A stretch of DNA of 64,000 bases from Bugula neritina. Lineage: Eukaryota; Animalia; Bryozoa. The translations under genes and the position numbers were made by a program. This document shows, piece by piece, positions 1 through 14,800 of the stretch. The notes beneath the pieces are model-generated. The model was not told the DNA's origin, made no database searches, and worked only from the letters and a program-made list of their open reading frames with translations. The DNA lies in NCBI GenBank assembly GCA_964035545.1, contig OZ037768.1, positions 23,965,319 through 24,029,318 on the forward strand, read 5' to 3'. How positions within the stretch are numbered: the first letter of the stretch is position 1; each line of letters opens with the position of its first letter.

Positions 1-120
1 AATCAAGCTTTTGATTAGCAAAAGTATATGAAAGATATTAACTTTATTTTAAAATTTTATCGAATTAGTTTGAGTTGAGACTAATGTATAATATAAATTA
101 ATTTGATATATTATACTCAC

Positions 121-3100
121 GGACACAGTTGCTAATTTTAGACCAGTAGCCGCCCTCTTCACACTGGATGGTCAGATTTTGTCCAATTCCTTTGAAAATG
201 TAATTAGCCTCGCAGCTGTAGGTAATTTTAGTTCCAGCATTAACTGGGAACTGGGGCAGAGATATGGCTGAGCCATGAGCTATTTCAGGTGCAGGACCAC
301 AGACTACAAAATAATGGCATATATTTGTAGCCTGTTGGCAGATATAGTCATAGCATGTGACATATCATGTGACGTGTAGCATGTGACATATCATGTGACA
401 TAGCATGTGATGTATCATGTGACATGCAGCATGTGACATATCATGTGACATGTAGCACGTGACAATCATGTGACATGTAGCATGTGACATATCATGTGAC
501 GTGTAGCATGTGACATATCATGTGACATAGCATATCATAAATCTTACTGGCACTCTTCTTGCAGATGTACGGTAGCAGCTCGTCACAGTTCCTGTCTTTC
601 CAGAAGCCCTTCACAGACGTACGAGCACACTTATAGAACTCTGGGTATCCCTCAGCAAACTTAGTGAAGTTATTCTCTCTTCCTCCTTTCCACACCCACT
701 CTTTCAAGTAGTTCTCGTGATAGCCAATCCAAAAGTCTGTTTCATATATGTCATATCTGTAACACACGAGTCTTATCTGTAACATACGAGTCATATTTTT
801 AATAAAATAATATATCTTTAAACTTTGAGTTAAGCAGTAAAAAGACTGTGTGATCTCAACAAAACTTTTAAGACTTACAATCTGTTTGAGAAATTCTTTT
901 CATTTCACAAGATAGTGTAAAAGGTCTAAATATCAGGTTAGATTGTGTGATTATCAGTCAAACAGACAAATATTTGCTTACGTCTGCGTTGCAATCCATG
1001 CAGCCTCTTTCTCAGAGGTAACCATGGCAAGGTTGGAGTATCGGTAGTTGCAGGTCTCCTCCGCGTACTCGTAACGGAGTCCCAACGCGTTACCATCAGA
1101 GAAGAAGTAGCAGGCCTCGTTGAACTTTACCCAACCTTCCTCACAGCCACTCTCTACACACATGACAGTACATAGCCTATCCGTATGTAAAAACTTACGT
1201 CTGCGCAATGAAGTTGATCTATGTGACCCACAGGACCACCGAAAACACTATTATTGAGTCAAAAGGCTAAAATTTACAGCAAAAGTCAAAAGTAGTTGAA
1301 ACTGAAACAAAAGTTGAATAACTGACTACAAACAACCCTTTTTAAGTACTAACAGAAGTTAGAGTCTAATAATGAACACTAGTAAACAATATGGCCGACT
1401 GTGAACATCTGTAAACCACATAGAGATTGGGTAGAGCTGCTACTGTTTGACCACACAGATATTGTGAGTTGATAATGTAACATTACCATGACAACCAGAG
1501 AGAGGAATCTCGTAGTCCCACTGTTGATCAGATTCACAGTTAATAGTCATCTCAGTTTCGCCTCCGGGAAAGACGAATCCCTCATTCGTACAGTTGAAGT
1601 AGAGGGCGTGCTCATAGTTGTACTTGGGCAGCACTAAAGAGACGTTTGCCTCCGCAACTGTTAGACCATCACATCCCACCGCTGCCACAATAAACAATAA
1701 ACTGATACCAAAGTCAGCATCAGAAAACTTTCATTTCATTGTAAGATTACATTGTTATTTGGAGTTGTGTTCTATTTGGCAAATGAGGCCATACCGTATT
1801 CATAATATTATACACTCAGTTTTACACTCCATTTCAGACATTTCCAAGCAGAACTAAAAATTAGCCAAGTATGTACTTCACAACAGTTAGTAGTGACTCT
1901 GTATACTACACAACAGTTAGTAGTGACTGTATATACTACACAACAGTTAGTAGTGACTCTGTATACTACACAACAGTTAGTAGTGACTCTGTATACTACA
2001 CAACAGTTAGTAGTGACTCTGTATACTACACAACAGTTAGTAGTGACTCTATATACTACACAACAGTTAGTAGTGACTCTGTATACTACACAACAGTTAG
2101 TAGTGATTCTATATACTACACAACAGTTAGTAGTGACTCTATATACTACACAACAGTTAGTAGTGACTCTGTATACTACACAACAGTTAGTAGTGATTCT
2201 ATATACTACACAACAGTTAGTAGTGACTCTATGTACTACACAACAGTTAGTAGTGACTCTATGTACTACACAACATACTTATGCAGTCCGGAATGGTGCG
2301 GTCCCAGTCGTTATCGACATCAGCACTGAGAGACTGAAGACACAGAGCAGACGTGCCAACCTCTCCGTCCAACTGAGCCGTGCCCTCCTCGCAATACCAC
2401 ACCTGGTAGCTGCCGACAGCCATCCCCTGGGGGCTGTTCCTCTCAAACGTGCTGCTGCCAGTCTCCGGCAAGTTGGGACATTGGATTGCTGCAACAGCAC
2501 ATCAGCTCTTGACACACCTACTTCCTGTTACTCTACTTCCTGTTACTCTACTTCCTGTTACTCTACTTCCTGTTACTCAACTTCCTTTTACTATACTTCC
2601 TCTTACTCAACTTCCTGCTATTCTACTTCCTGCTACTCCACTTCCTGCTATTCTACTTCCTGCTATTCTGCTTCCTGTTACTCTACTTCCTGTTACTCTA
2701 CTTTCTATTTCCTGTTACTCTACTTCTTAGACTAATATCTAACACAGAGCACATATTTAATATTACCCTACCAAAATAAGTTCCAAGTTAAAAAATAATC
2801 ATTATTCGATTTGCCGCATTTTCAACAACTATTTTGACGAGTCAAGTTATTCACGGAGCACCATGTTGGCTGAGGGAGTTTGATGAAGTGACTGAAAAGA
2901 TTATAACCTCAGTACTGCATCGCCACACTCACCTGTACAGTTGAGGGCGGCAATCTCACTAGAGGGCGCCCAGGTGGGTCCAGTTCCCTGACAAGTGATG
3001 GTCTTGGATACCGCATCGTCGGCAAACTTATACCCAGATATACAGGTATAGGTGATAGTGTGTTCATACAAGGTGACCGTGTTGTCCAGAGTGCCGTAGA

Positions 3101-4853
3101 ATAAGTAAGGGGGAGGGTCACACCGCACAACTATAAGCATACAGACACGACTTCCTGTTTTTAAAGTTTCTTTACATAAAATGGTACTAGTGTACAGTAA
3201 GAGTAAATTATCATTCCAGTACAGTTTGTGTATAATTAGTTGTGTAACTGTGTAACTAATACAGTGTTGATATCACAGAGTGATCAGAGGAGAAATAGCC
3301 TACTAAACCTACATTTGCAGGGCTCTAGGGGAGGGTTCCAGTAGCCATCACCCTCACACGTGAATATTTTACTGCTAACACCCGGGGCAAACCAAGTGTC
3401 GTTGGTACACGTATAAGTAATTATGTCCCCAACGAAATGATCCTCGGAGTTTCTGATGGTGTAAGCAGGGGGGTCTATTAGGTCACATTCTATTGCTGCC
3501 GTAGAGAAAACATAACGTCATGTAACACAGGTCACACAGGTCAGTGTATGACACACTTTCATTCACGAGTGATTGGCTCACAATGTGGTAGCAAATCACC
3601 TTTAATCAGCGATTCCGCTATACTATATTATCATACTATTATACTATATTATTATACTATTATATCATATTAACATATTATTATATTATATTATTATACA
3701 TACGTTTACAGTCTCGAGCTGGGAAACTCCATTTATTTCCTGGAAGGCAGTACAACGTCTGCTCATCTATGCCGACTGTCACGTGATAGCCATCGTTACA
3801 GGTGAAGGTCACTGACTGGCCCGAGTATAACGGCATCTGATTATCTTGACTAGAGGCGTAAACAGAGACATCGGGACAGCGTAGGTATGGGTCTCGCTCT
3901 GTAACAGTGGAATTCAGGCTATGTAAATTGTATAAAGATTTATTTGTTATTGCATTCAGCAGTCTTACTTGGAATAAGTCATAATTAATAAAACTCTTGA
4001 AAGGTGAATTGTACAGTGTTGGGATAAATAGACAGACAAATATATAGAAAATTCAGTATAAAAAGCAAGTCAAACATAGCTTCAAGATATTTTATAGGAA
4101 GCAGTAATTTGCCTTCTGCTGTGATATTTTTATGACCGACTTATTTGTACAGAGCTACGAATTCAAAGACTTACCTAGACTACAGAGTATGTCGTAGACA
4201 TACTTCTTAGCATCAATATGAGTCATCTCCCAGTCACCTGTTGTGTCTAGTAGAGCCATGTGAGGGGTACCTGTCTCAGTGTAGGAGTGAGTGTAAGCTG
4301 AGCTGCCATTGTTCCATCCCCATGTGCCATCAATTGACTTGTGGTAACCAATAAATGCAGGCCTACGGTATAATAATACAGTATAATACACACATACAGT
4401 ATAATACAGACACACAGATCGACATACAGCTGACTGACCTGGTGAGAAGGGCAGCGACAGCGGTATTAGTAGCATCAGAGTCTAGAACAGCCAATGAGCC
4501 AGCAGTAGCCGCACACGCCGCCACTGCTGTGTTCCAGTCTGAGAAGTTTCCAGAATCGTACACCCAGAAACAAATGTTGTTCACCACAAAGGCCTGCTGA
4601 ATCCCATCTCCACTCATACAATCCACCGCATCATCTGTCAAGTATTTGAGATTGTTATATGAACTAGCAAAATGTTTCATTGCTCCAATTGAAACCCTCA
4701 ATTACATTTCTACGAGCCCTGTACGAGTATAAAATAATATTGTGTGATGTAGTATAATATTAAACTATATTTACCTGCAGTTGTTGAATGAGTGTACAGT
4801 AATGCAATTATTGAAAAGTTCAAAATTATCTTTTCACACGAGTTTTTAAACAT
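121..4853 (-). CDS. C-type lectin / CCP (Sushi) repeat protein, paralog A (SP-CTLD-CCP5-CTLD-CCP..., 3' end outside window)
   Basis: GT-AG exons: 4775-4853 (signal peptide MFKNSCEKIILNFSIIALLYTHSTTA); 4439-4634 + 4175-4362 (CTLD1); CCP exons 3704-3898, 3313-3495, 2933-3130, 2279-2488, 1487-1681; CTLD2 982-1153 + 548-756 (CEEGWVKFNEACYF...FWIGY...WKDRNC); CCP 121-303. CCP exons are phase 1-1 with the C..C..C..W..C pattern. Confidence 0.88.
352..537. repeat. 12/14-bp tandem repeat (CATGTGACATAT / CATGTGACATGTAG) abutting a donor
   Basis: Direct inspection; ends about 10 nt from the donor at 547. Confidence 0.9.
1872..2275. repeat. 30-bp minisatellite, about 13 copies
   Basis: GTATACTACACAACAGTTAGTAGTGACTCT; begins at about +4 of the minus-strand intron. 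Confidence 0.97.
2519..2726. repeat. 15-bp minisatellite, about 14 copies
   Basis: CTTCCTGTTACTCTA; about 30 nt from the acceptor at 2489. Confidence 0.95.
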
Positions 4854-6249
4854 GACAGAAAACTAAAGAGATAAGAAATGTGGCAACAACTTGAACACCA
4901 TGTTTGCTAGTTGAGGTAACTTTATTTACCTTTAATCAATATAAAACAATGGAATAAATAACTTGATGTTAAGGGAAGATTAATGTGTATTTCAATCAGT
5001 AAGGCCAATCTTAGGGGCATCAAATACATTAGTTTATTGATCCAATGGTTGGTAGACAATAGGAGCCATTATTTGGTGTAGCAAAGGAGCTATGAGTTTG
5101 TGGCAGATGAAAAAAGTCCCCCCCCCCCCCGCAAACAAAAACTCCTTCCCAATGTAATTTTCTGCACCCACATTGACCTGAGCATATAAATACAATGTTA
5201 AAAATAAAGGGATTCAACCAGTCACGGCAATAGTCTTTCAACATTGAGAACTTACAAAAAATGTATTTGGATTATTCATGGAAAGTTATGAAAAAATACA
5301 TTCTATAGGAAAAGTTAGGAAAAATGAAGTAGAAAAGCAGCTTATTTAACAACCAACAAAGAGAAATTCAAGAAGAGTAAAAACATGCTACATAAGATCT
5401 CCGAGCTGCCACTACCATTGGTAAGTCAGGTAGTGAAGGTTCGGAGGTGACAGTTTAACAAACGCAGCTGGAGTATGCAAGGAATGTGTTAGCTTAAGCT
5501 TTCAGCTGATTCATCCAAATCTTTTACTTATATCCATTCATCTTAAACATATTTTCCCTAATGATATTTTATTTATAAATAATACTATTTATAACATTTT
5601 GAAAACATTCAGTAAAATAAAAGGGTTTCCATTCTGAATTCACAATTTGCACATCGATACCGAATCATCCCGTAACTTTTTGAAATACCTCCACATGTAA
5701 AGTGATATCAGAGCACAATATAAAGACTTTTTTGATTTAATAGCTAAAAATAATACGACAAATTTTCGCAACACGCATTTTAGTCATGAGGGGGGGGTTT
5801 GATGACACTAGATATCCACCCGATTTAGTGGCATCTTAAGCCATAAGGCTAATTCAGTTCAAATACTTATAAGCTTTGTCAAATGAGCAATCCTGTCTAA
5901 TACAAATTCAATAAATACTACATCTACAAACATTTATTCAACAAAACTAAAGCCTCAGAACATAGAATACATTGCAGAAAATGTCTAAATACAAATATGT
6001 TGTAAATAGCAAAACAGCTGGATATGTATAGATATACATATTTTGTTTTTGCTCAAAAAAGCACGACTATACAAAATAACAGAATAAAGACTAATAGCTG
6101 GTAGACAATTAATGATGAGCAAAGAAATGACAACTCCTAACTCATACATACATATAATAATGGATTATATGAATCAGTTAAATACAGTAGGATATAGAAT
6201 GTGGACCTGTATTGCATAATGTTGGTTGTATGAGTATTGCGTCATGTGA

Positions 6250-7234
6250 CTATGTAAAGGCAGTAAGGTAATCTCTTAACTCAGCAATAGCTACAGGTTG
6301 TCTCGATATAAACTCGTCATCAAACAGCTGAATACCGGACGTGTTGGGGTGACTCAGATCAATCTGTGAAAGGTAAGTTACTATGGAGTAGGTGTTGTTG
6401 TTCTTACTTACTATCGGCTCCACGATCCACCCACTCGCTGCAAACTGTAAGTACAAGGTGTCTGTGCATTTTACTTACGACAGTATAACAGCAGAACAAT
6501 CTGTTTTAACTAAAAGCTGCAAAGTTTGGTATAAATAGTTGGTCAAAACTGATGAAATATATACTAGAATATCTACAGATACTGTCTACAGATACTGTCT
6601 ACAGATACTCTCTACAAATACTCTTTACAGATACTGTCTACAGATACAGTGTCAAGGTCACCTTGCCGCGTGGACAGTCCTTACTCTCTGGCTCGGGGTG
6701 ATCAAACGAACAGACAGTTAATATTCGCTTATTCTCACAGACTCTTTGAGCTTGAAGGACATAAAACTCCCTGCAGTCTTTCCTTAGCACCTGATTGGTT
6801 GAGTAGAAAAGCCGCACTACAACAGAAAGGTTACAACATAGTCGGCAGAAAAAATAAATTCCCGAGAGTGGAAACCCGGACAGCCGTACTTACGTAGCTT
6901 CATGCCGTCTCCCAAGTCGTTGATGAGAGTCAGTTCTTTGAGCATGTCGTCATATATATGTCTGCTGTACGGGTTTATGATGGTTTGCCACACTTTCTCC
7001 GGGGTAGCTTTAATCAATCCTTTTCCCAGCCAACTATAGGAGACAGATACTAGATAGCTTATTCTTATATAGTAAATATATTTTTATATATAATAGATTG
7101 TATAAGATAGTAAATAGATCATATAAAAATAATTAGGATATTATAGACATGTATAATATATAGATACTTCATAAACAGTAGAAATCATGTAACTAGATAA
7201 CTAATATATCATATCATTCACAGATAATGTTAAA

Positions 7235-7284
<50 letters not shown>

Positions 7285-10200
7285 ATACATATATTATGAT
7301 ACAAATATCCTATTGCAATCATAAAATAAGTATAAAGTGTATCTCTAGTCTCTACAGTGTAGAATGTTTATAAACCCAACACAGTATACGCATATCTACT
7401 TCAAACATGAATTACACCAGTGAATATCACAAGACTGAAGAGAGAAGAGAATACCTCTGATATGGTGTGGGATTTTGACTGTACTTCTGTAGAATGGCCA
7501 CGCCTCTTTCTGTGTTCTCAAACCTACCATACAGTGTAATACGTATACTATAACAGGGTATTATGTATAGTATTACAGTGTATTATGTATAGTATTACAG
7601 TATAATGCGTATAGCAATAAACTGTATTACGTATTACAAAGCAAACTTACACCCAGCCGTTAACAACCGGGGGCTCAGGAGTTGTCTTATCAGGCTTCTG
7701 TTTCTGTACTAAGTTGGTGGCGTTGTGCACCTCAGCCAATACGTCTGCTGCACAGGTGTTGGAGAGGGTCTTGAAGTCCACGTGCACCATTTCTGCTCGG
7801 AAACATACAGCATTACACACTCTCTCGTAACAATAAACGGCTTATAGTCATATAGTAGCCTGGGGACTTAGGGAGTGTAGCCTGGGGACTTACCTGAGCT
7901 ATCTGTTCTCAGGAACACAACACTTTTATATCCTTCAACTTTCTCTTCTCTTTCTATTAGTTGTGAAGCAGAGATTGAATTAGAGATCTGGTCGGGTGTT
8001 GACCTGAGTGTATATATATTACTTTATATATTATATTACATATCATACTATATATCATATTATACTATATATTAAAATACATATTATACTATATATTATA
8101 TTATATATTATATTAAATTACATATTATACTATATATTACTTTATATATTATACTACATATCATACTATATATCATATTATACTATATATTATAATACAT
8201 ATCATACTATATATTATATTATATAGTATATACATACGTGACTTTACTAAACTAGTCAAATTGATTATTAAAACATTTTACTATTAATAATTCTATATAT
8301 CCCCTGTATAGAATGGTAGAAATATGTGATGAGTGCATTAGTCAGGCAAAATATTCAATAAAAATAAAATGCATTTGATTGTGACCAACTAATGTTTCAC
8401 ACTTACAAGCTTTAAATGATAGAAAAAAAGGATTGGGTGCTAGATAATCTATAAAATTCAAATGTAAGTTAAACGCTGAAACCAGAGTATTAGATACAAA
8501 AAGAGTTTAAAAGGTAAGTACAAAGAAGTAGAATAACTTACTTAGCAGTGACATCATGTTCTTCTTGACTAGACTGAGAGACTATATCTTCACTCTCCCC
8601 TGGAGAGTCTGGATCCAGAGCCGACCCACCTTGATAACATAACACAGAGACATACCAGTAAAAGTGTTCAAACCTCCACAAGACTATTTACATTAAAATC
8701 TATTCAAAGACATACCAGCTTTATCTAAAGGAAGGTAGAAAGAGGGTTTGTCAGCCATGAGTGAATCTACTTGGAGTATAGACTGAGAACTAGTGTGATT
8801 GCCATAGCCTGTGGTCACGTTACCGTCTTTATTTTCTGCCTGTAAATACAAGTCTACCAGAAAGTCAACAGAACCTGAACCATGCATGATGTCAGAGCTT
8901 AGAATGTCAGATGATAGACTCACAGTGTCAACATGGGAAGATGGAGTTTGACTGGTGTCAACAGGTGCTCTCTGTATAGCAAAGTAATCCATCAAGCACA
9001 TGCACTCATGAGTCAACTTGCTGATGTCACCTGTTGTAATGGCAGTCAGTCTGCACTGGTCGTTCTCTACAAGTATGACTCAATGAGGTATAGCCATGTC
9101 AACACACCAGAAAGCAAATCTTTCAAAAGCTTTTAATGGTGCAAAATCAATTGTAAAGTAAGGAGAAAATGCAACAATAAATGTGTGAAAACTAAGAATC
9201 AAAATATAACATCGGTTGACCCAAAGCAAGCCAAAATTATATAATTAAGGTGTAAGCTTACCAACCATTGACATTAGTTATTGCTTGGCTGAAATATGAA
9301 AGAATTACATTTACAGTTGGGTGGACACATATTTTAACCAAGATTAATGATTGGCTGACCTATAAACTTACCTAAACCAATAATTGGTTGACATATAAAC
9401 ACAGTGGTTTCTCGTAAATTCTCAACTTTTTCATAGATTCTTGAAAATGTCTCATCTTTTACTGTAACTCTAAAATCAAAAAGGGTTATAGTTTATTACA
9501 TATTCTATAGAATAAAGCGTATAGAACTTAAACTGTAAATGTGTGTCAGTTTACATAAGCTTTTACAGACGTAACATTAATGCAGACGCAACGATATTTG
9601 CAGGCGTCATCAAACAATAACCTTGACACGGTATACTCAGGCTCTAGCAGAGGCTCCAAACACCATGAGATAACATTATCGGTGTTAAGAAACAGCGAGT
9701 CCATTATGGCTCTGTAAGTTTTCGTCTTCTGCTTCCATTTCAAAACTTGAGTGCAGTTCCCCTGTGCGTCGGGTGGCGTATTGTAAATACTTTTCACATC
9801 ACTGAGTCCGGGTTTCCACTCTTTTAACGTGTCGACACATTCAATAAAATTTACCAAATTCTGCAACAGTTTAGAGTACCATAAATACACAGTTATTAAA
9901 CTTTGTATCAAATCAATGATACTATGGTTATACTATGGTTATACTATGGTTATACTATGACTATACTCTAGGTATACTATGACTATACTATAGATATACT
10001 ATGATTATACTATGACTATACCATGGTTATACTATCATCATATTATGGTTATACTATGGCCCAAGAAGAAAAATAAATGAAGAATTTTAACTTCAATCAC
10101 CAACAGTAGTACTATGATTATTAATGATTACCATAACTACTAGTGAGTACCATAACTACTAGTGAGACTATAACCAAAAGCTAATAATATAACTGCAAAT

Positions 10201-11060
10201 GTTACCCGAGATGAAGTTTTTATGCGGAGAGCTAAAGAAAATAACTCGATTTGAACTCCTTTGGTAGACTTCCATGTCCTGTGCCAGACTCTGTGACCAG
10301 ATAGAATGTTGGTGAGAGTCCAGTGATTTCTGGATGTGACAGGCAAGAGCTAGAGAAGAGGTACATATTATTCTATATATTCGTCACATAAAGATTTGTC
10401 ATATTTATAGATGTATTATTTCATACTGAAAAAATCACACAAACCTGACTTATGTCTTTCTCAGTGAGAATTTCATGTAAATTAGCAGAGCGGTTAAGTT
10501 TTGGAACTTTTTCTTCCTAAATTAGGAAGTAAAATAAATTGATAGTTCAACTTCGTGAGTAAAAAAGTAGTAGAGAACAACAGCAATATTTATTAAACAA
10601 AAGTACTTCACGATTTGTATAGCCTAACATTTTCGCAACTTTTAGTAATACTAATTTATTATCAATACCAACTAGTACTACAAATTAATAAAACAAAGAC
10701 TAATAATAATACTATAGGCAGAGATACTAGTATTAGTTATAAAATAACAAATAATAATATTCATCCTTTATATAAATATAATTTGATATTGGATGAATCA
10801 GCACCTTTTAGTTTTACTTTTAGCCTAAGAACTACAACTATAAGCCTAAGGTAATAATATAAAACAAGAGTCATTATTAAACAAGAATATAATTTATATA
10901 CTGACATATAAGTTACAGTTGTAACTGTAAGATAATAAATTGATAACTTGAAACTTACCGTTGACGACATGTATTCCAAGTTTATCATTTCTTTCACTAG
11001 TAACAACGCCCACACAATGCAAGCTAGTAACGATAGCGTTAATAACAAAAGCAGAATCAT
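6250..11060 (-). CDS. Membrane-anchored or secreted protein with a C-terminal STARD9-like START domain and a probable degenerate N-terminal START domain
   Basis: Exons 10959-11060 (hydrophobic MILLLLLTLSLLACIVWALLLV), 10445-10516, 10206-10349, 9622-9860, 9372-9469, 8716-9066, 8542-8629, 7894-8003, 7631-7792, 7456-7523, 6894-7033, 6662-6816, 6250-6444 join in phase. The C-terminus (GWVFENTERGV..WLGKGLIKATPEKVWQTI..CREFYVL..SGWIVEP..VTYLSQIDL..FISRQPVAIAELRDYL) resembles the STARD9-type START domain. Confidence 0.8.
6572..6648. repeat. 13-bp tandem repeat
   Basis: TCTACAGATACTG, about 5-6 copies, next to the donor at 6661. Confidence 0.9.
9918..10059. repeat. 11-bp tandem repeat
   Basis: TATACTATGGT variants. 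Confidence 0.88.
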
Positions 11061-11892
11061 ATTAAATCCGTGTATAAATTATATGGGTATTACTCAGAGT
11101 ACATTTAATCATCAAACCCGAAGTAAGCAAAGTTATAAAACTAAGGAAATCCTAGTGCATATATTTTTAAACATTATTAACTCTAAAGACAAAATTAAAG
11201 TAGCAAAAAGGAAACCGTTCGAATGATTATTATTGGTTTCGCTAAGATAAATTTATACTAAAGCTTAAAATTATGGGAGGACAACTTCTTAAGCAGGCGT
11301 GTAATTAGCAGCTTGAACCAATTTTTAATCAATTCAATGAAATATGAATAGCACAGCAAGGTGCTTGTAACACAACGTCTAGAACAGATATTGTAGAGTA
11401 ACAAATAACATATTTCAGAATGAAGTAACGGATACTAATGATCAGTGTAAGAATAGTAAACATTTGATTTTTGAGTGTGTCACAATGACGCATATAACTA
11501 GAGTTTTAAATACCATTTTTATTTATTTTATTATTGCATACCCCACAACATATTTTGCATAAACTAGCATGACATAGAAATCTCTAGAAACTGATTTTTC
11601 TTAATTGCGTATTGCACAATATTTCAAGTTAAATATCATTAAAGATGAAATACTAAAAAGACATTAATGTAAACATGGAGTTATTTATTTCCTATTTCAA
11701 TTGAGATAAAATTATCCATTTATAAATACTCATATTTCAGTTTTATCATTTATACAACAAAACACAAGATTCAATCTCTCATAACATACAGATTGACAAT
11801 TTGCAATCAGAAGTTGAGTTCTTCACTGCTCCTACTAAACTCCGCCATCTTGTCTGACAACATAACAAATACGACACACTGACTAGCACACA

Positions 11893-14800
11893 TCACGCCA
11901 CCATCTGCAGGCGTATCGGCTCTTCCTGTGAAGCCTCACTTTCATCTTCACTTTCCACTTCCTCCTCCTTCTCCTCGCTCTGACACACTCGCAAGATTTT
12001 CCTACAGAACAAGTAGCCATATGAGCTAGGAGCTGTATTGTAGAAATTGTAGCCTGAGATCTTACAGAAACTCACCTGTCCTCATTGCAGTCGGAGCAAA
12101 CTATCAGCCACATGAATGCGACTATTACAACTAAGGCTAGAGAAGCCGTCACTGTTGACAAGATTTTTCCTGCTCCAATGATATTGTTAGCTGGGCCCAG
12201 CGTATCCCCTGAAACACACAGACAGCAATATGACTTGGTATAGTGTTGAGACTGCCTAGTGCTCCCTGTGGTGTAATGGTTAGCACACCTGCTTGCATGT
12301 CGGAGGTCTCGGGTTTGAACCCCAGTAGAGACAAAATTATTTTATTTAGCATACAGAGTCTTACATATACACATATTATATAGGTGGCTATAATGCAGAG
12401 TGAATTCATAGCCCCGGAACTGAACTACAATATAGAGGGTCATACAGCTGCCCTCTTCAACTGTATTCGTGATTTAGGAAAACATTCACTACTAAATTTA
12501 TAACATCATAGTTAGAAGAATTATTCCAACTAAATAACTAAATAGACATATAAACTAAGATAGAGTAGGCGTGCAGGTACTTTATTATACATAATCCCAG
12601 GTAGAGTTTCACCACTCAAATATGGAATTGTCTTCACTTTTATTAAATGTCACGTGACACCCAAACCGATTTTTAAAGTCAGATTAGAAATTATGTTCAA
12701 GATTTATACAATTAAATAGAGCTTCCAATAACCATAGCTATCACAGACTAATGCAATGATGATATGATTACATAATAGTGTATATGTTGTGATATATCAA
12801 ACAAGATAGGAATACACAGCAAGCATTGTAACTGTATTAATTTAAAGTCAACACAATTATAGATAACAAAGCATCAAATTTACTTAGTAAATTTCAAACA
12901 TAAAAAATGACCAAACTTTTATCAAATATCTTATAGCCAAATTCTCAGTAAAAGAGATCAGCTTACCGAGACACTCCGTAGGCACCCCGACCCACTCTTG
13001 GGTTTCGAGGTCGCAGTAGGCTATCCTCTCAGTGCTCCCATCAATGAACGTGTAGCTGGCATTACAAGTGTACTTAACCACAGTTTCTATAATTCCTTCG
13101 GTGGTGTTGGGGGTGGCATTCAAAACAGGTGGCGGCGTCCCGCCTGGACATTTCTTAGCTAAAGTACAGACATAATATGTATCAACAGACTATTTAGGAG
13201 TTATCCACTCAATATAAAGAAATCGATGCGCACTGTGAGCGTAGACTTTACGATATAAGGGAGCAAATTGTCCAATTATTTTAGTCAAAATGTGCAGTTT
13301 TTAGTAAACCTGCTTTTACATAGTCAAACGGTTTTTCATAGAGCGCATAACTCTATATCAAGTTGTTGTAAAGGGATGTAGTGAACAGCATAGTAAAACT
13401 CCTTTCATAAGAACCAAATTTTGAGTTTGAGCTTCTTAATAAAGTATATATTTTCAGCTTAGCTAAATATAAAAAGTCTATCTGAAATGTATTAGGAGTT
13501 GTGTCCCTACAGTTGAGTATAAGAAGTAATATTCGGTGAAAGCTTGTGAATATATTAGCACTTACATAACTAACAGCTAGCAATATCCATATAATATAGC
13601 TTACCATTTCAAACTATACATACACAAAAATGGGAGCAAGTGAAAGGCTACTTTTACTAGAATATTCCAACACTGCTGCTGTGAAGTTGCCCACCCACTC
13701 ACAGCTATTCCAGTAAACATTTACTGAGCATCCTTACGTTCACAGAGCGGTAAGTACGGATCCCAGTGGTGGTTGGCCCCGCACCTGGTTCTCTTCACTT
13801 CTGCACCATCTGGGAACTGGTACCCCAGATCACAAGTGACCTCTATCCGCTCCTGGTACTTTGCTACCCCTTCTGTTCCACTTGTGATGTTACCACGGTA
13901 CTGAATATATGGCTGACACTTCCTCTCTACAGTAGAGGGCAATTCCAAATTCAAGTGATACATACGTGTTTTTACTCGCAAAAAATGCAATATTATGTAT
14001 TTTGAACTACAGAGTAAAACATATATTTTTGTTCTTCAAGGCAATAACTATTACTAACAGCATAGCTTCAGCTTCACATTCCTAACAAGAAAGTTTAGCC
14101 TGAGAGACTATTATACAAATACTTAGATGTAGAAGCTATTAGGCTGATAGCCACGATGTAGAGTAGTGATTCCACTTTCACCACCAGCAGAGAACGTAAC
14201 TTACTCCAGCAGCTGTCTGACGGTATCCAGCTGCCGTCTGCTTGGCACGTCATCGTACGCACCGTCTCGCCTGGCTGGAACTCGTACCCCTCGTAGCAGG
14301 TGTAGACGTCAGTGGAGGAGACTTCATTGGTTTGGTTTAGAGGTTGAGCGTTGAGAATTGCTGGCACTGGACAGTACACCTCTGTAAATATTACGTCACT
14401 CCATAGCACTAATACTCCGTCACTAGTACTCAGTAACTAGTACTCTGTAACTAGTACTCTGTAACTACTACTCTGTAACTAGTACTCTGTAACTAGTACT
14501 CTGTAACTAATACTCTGTAACTAGTACTCAGTAACTAATACTCAGTAACTAGCACTCTGTAACTAGCACTCTGTAACTAATACTCTGTAACTAATACTCT
14601 GTAACTAATACTCTGTAACTAATACTCTGTAACTACTACTCTGTAACTACTACTCAGTAAGGAGTACTCTGTAACTAATACTCAATAACTAGCACTCTGT
14701 AACTAATATTCTGTAACTAGTACTCAGTAACTAGTACTCAGTAACTACTACTCTGTAACTAATACTCTGTAACTACTACTCTGTAACTAATACTCTGTAA

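Noticed and set aside
1871-2735. Plus-strand repetitive ORFs (YYTTVSSDSV / VVTLYTTQQL / STSCY)
   Set aside because: Translations of 30- and 15-bp intronic minisatellites, antisense to a clear CCP exon.
9067-9125. Apparent in-frame TGA (9080-9082) suggesting selenocysteine, readthrough or a pseudogene in the START gene
   Set aside because: It lies in an intron. Exon 9372-9469 ends in phase 1 and splices to the CTTGTAG acceptor at 9067, giving an open frame.
12262-12333. Functional tRNA-Ala gene
   Set aside because: Acceptor and anticodon stems pair poorly, the T-loop reads TTTGA, and diverged copies are dispersed; treated as a SINE-like repeat.
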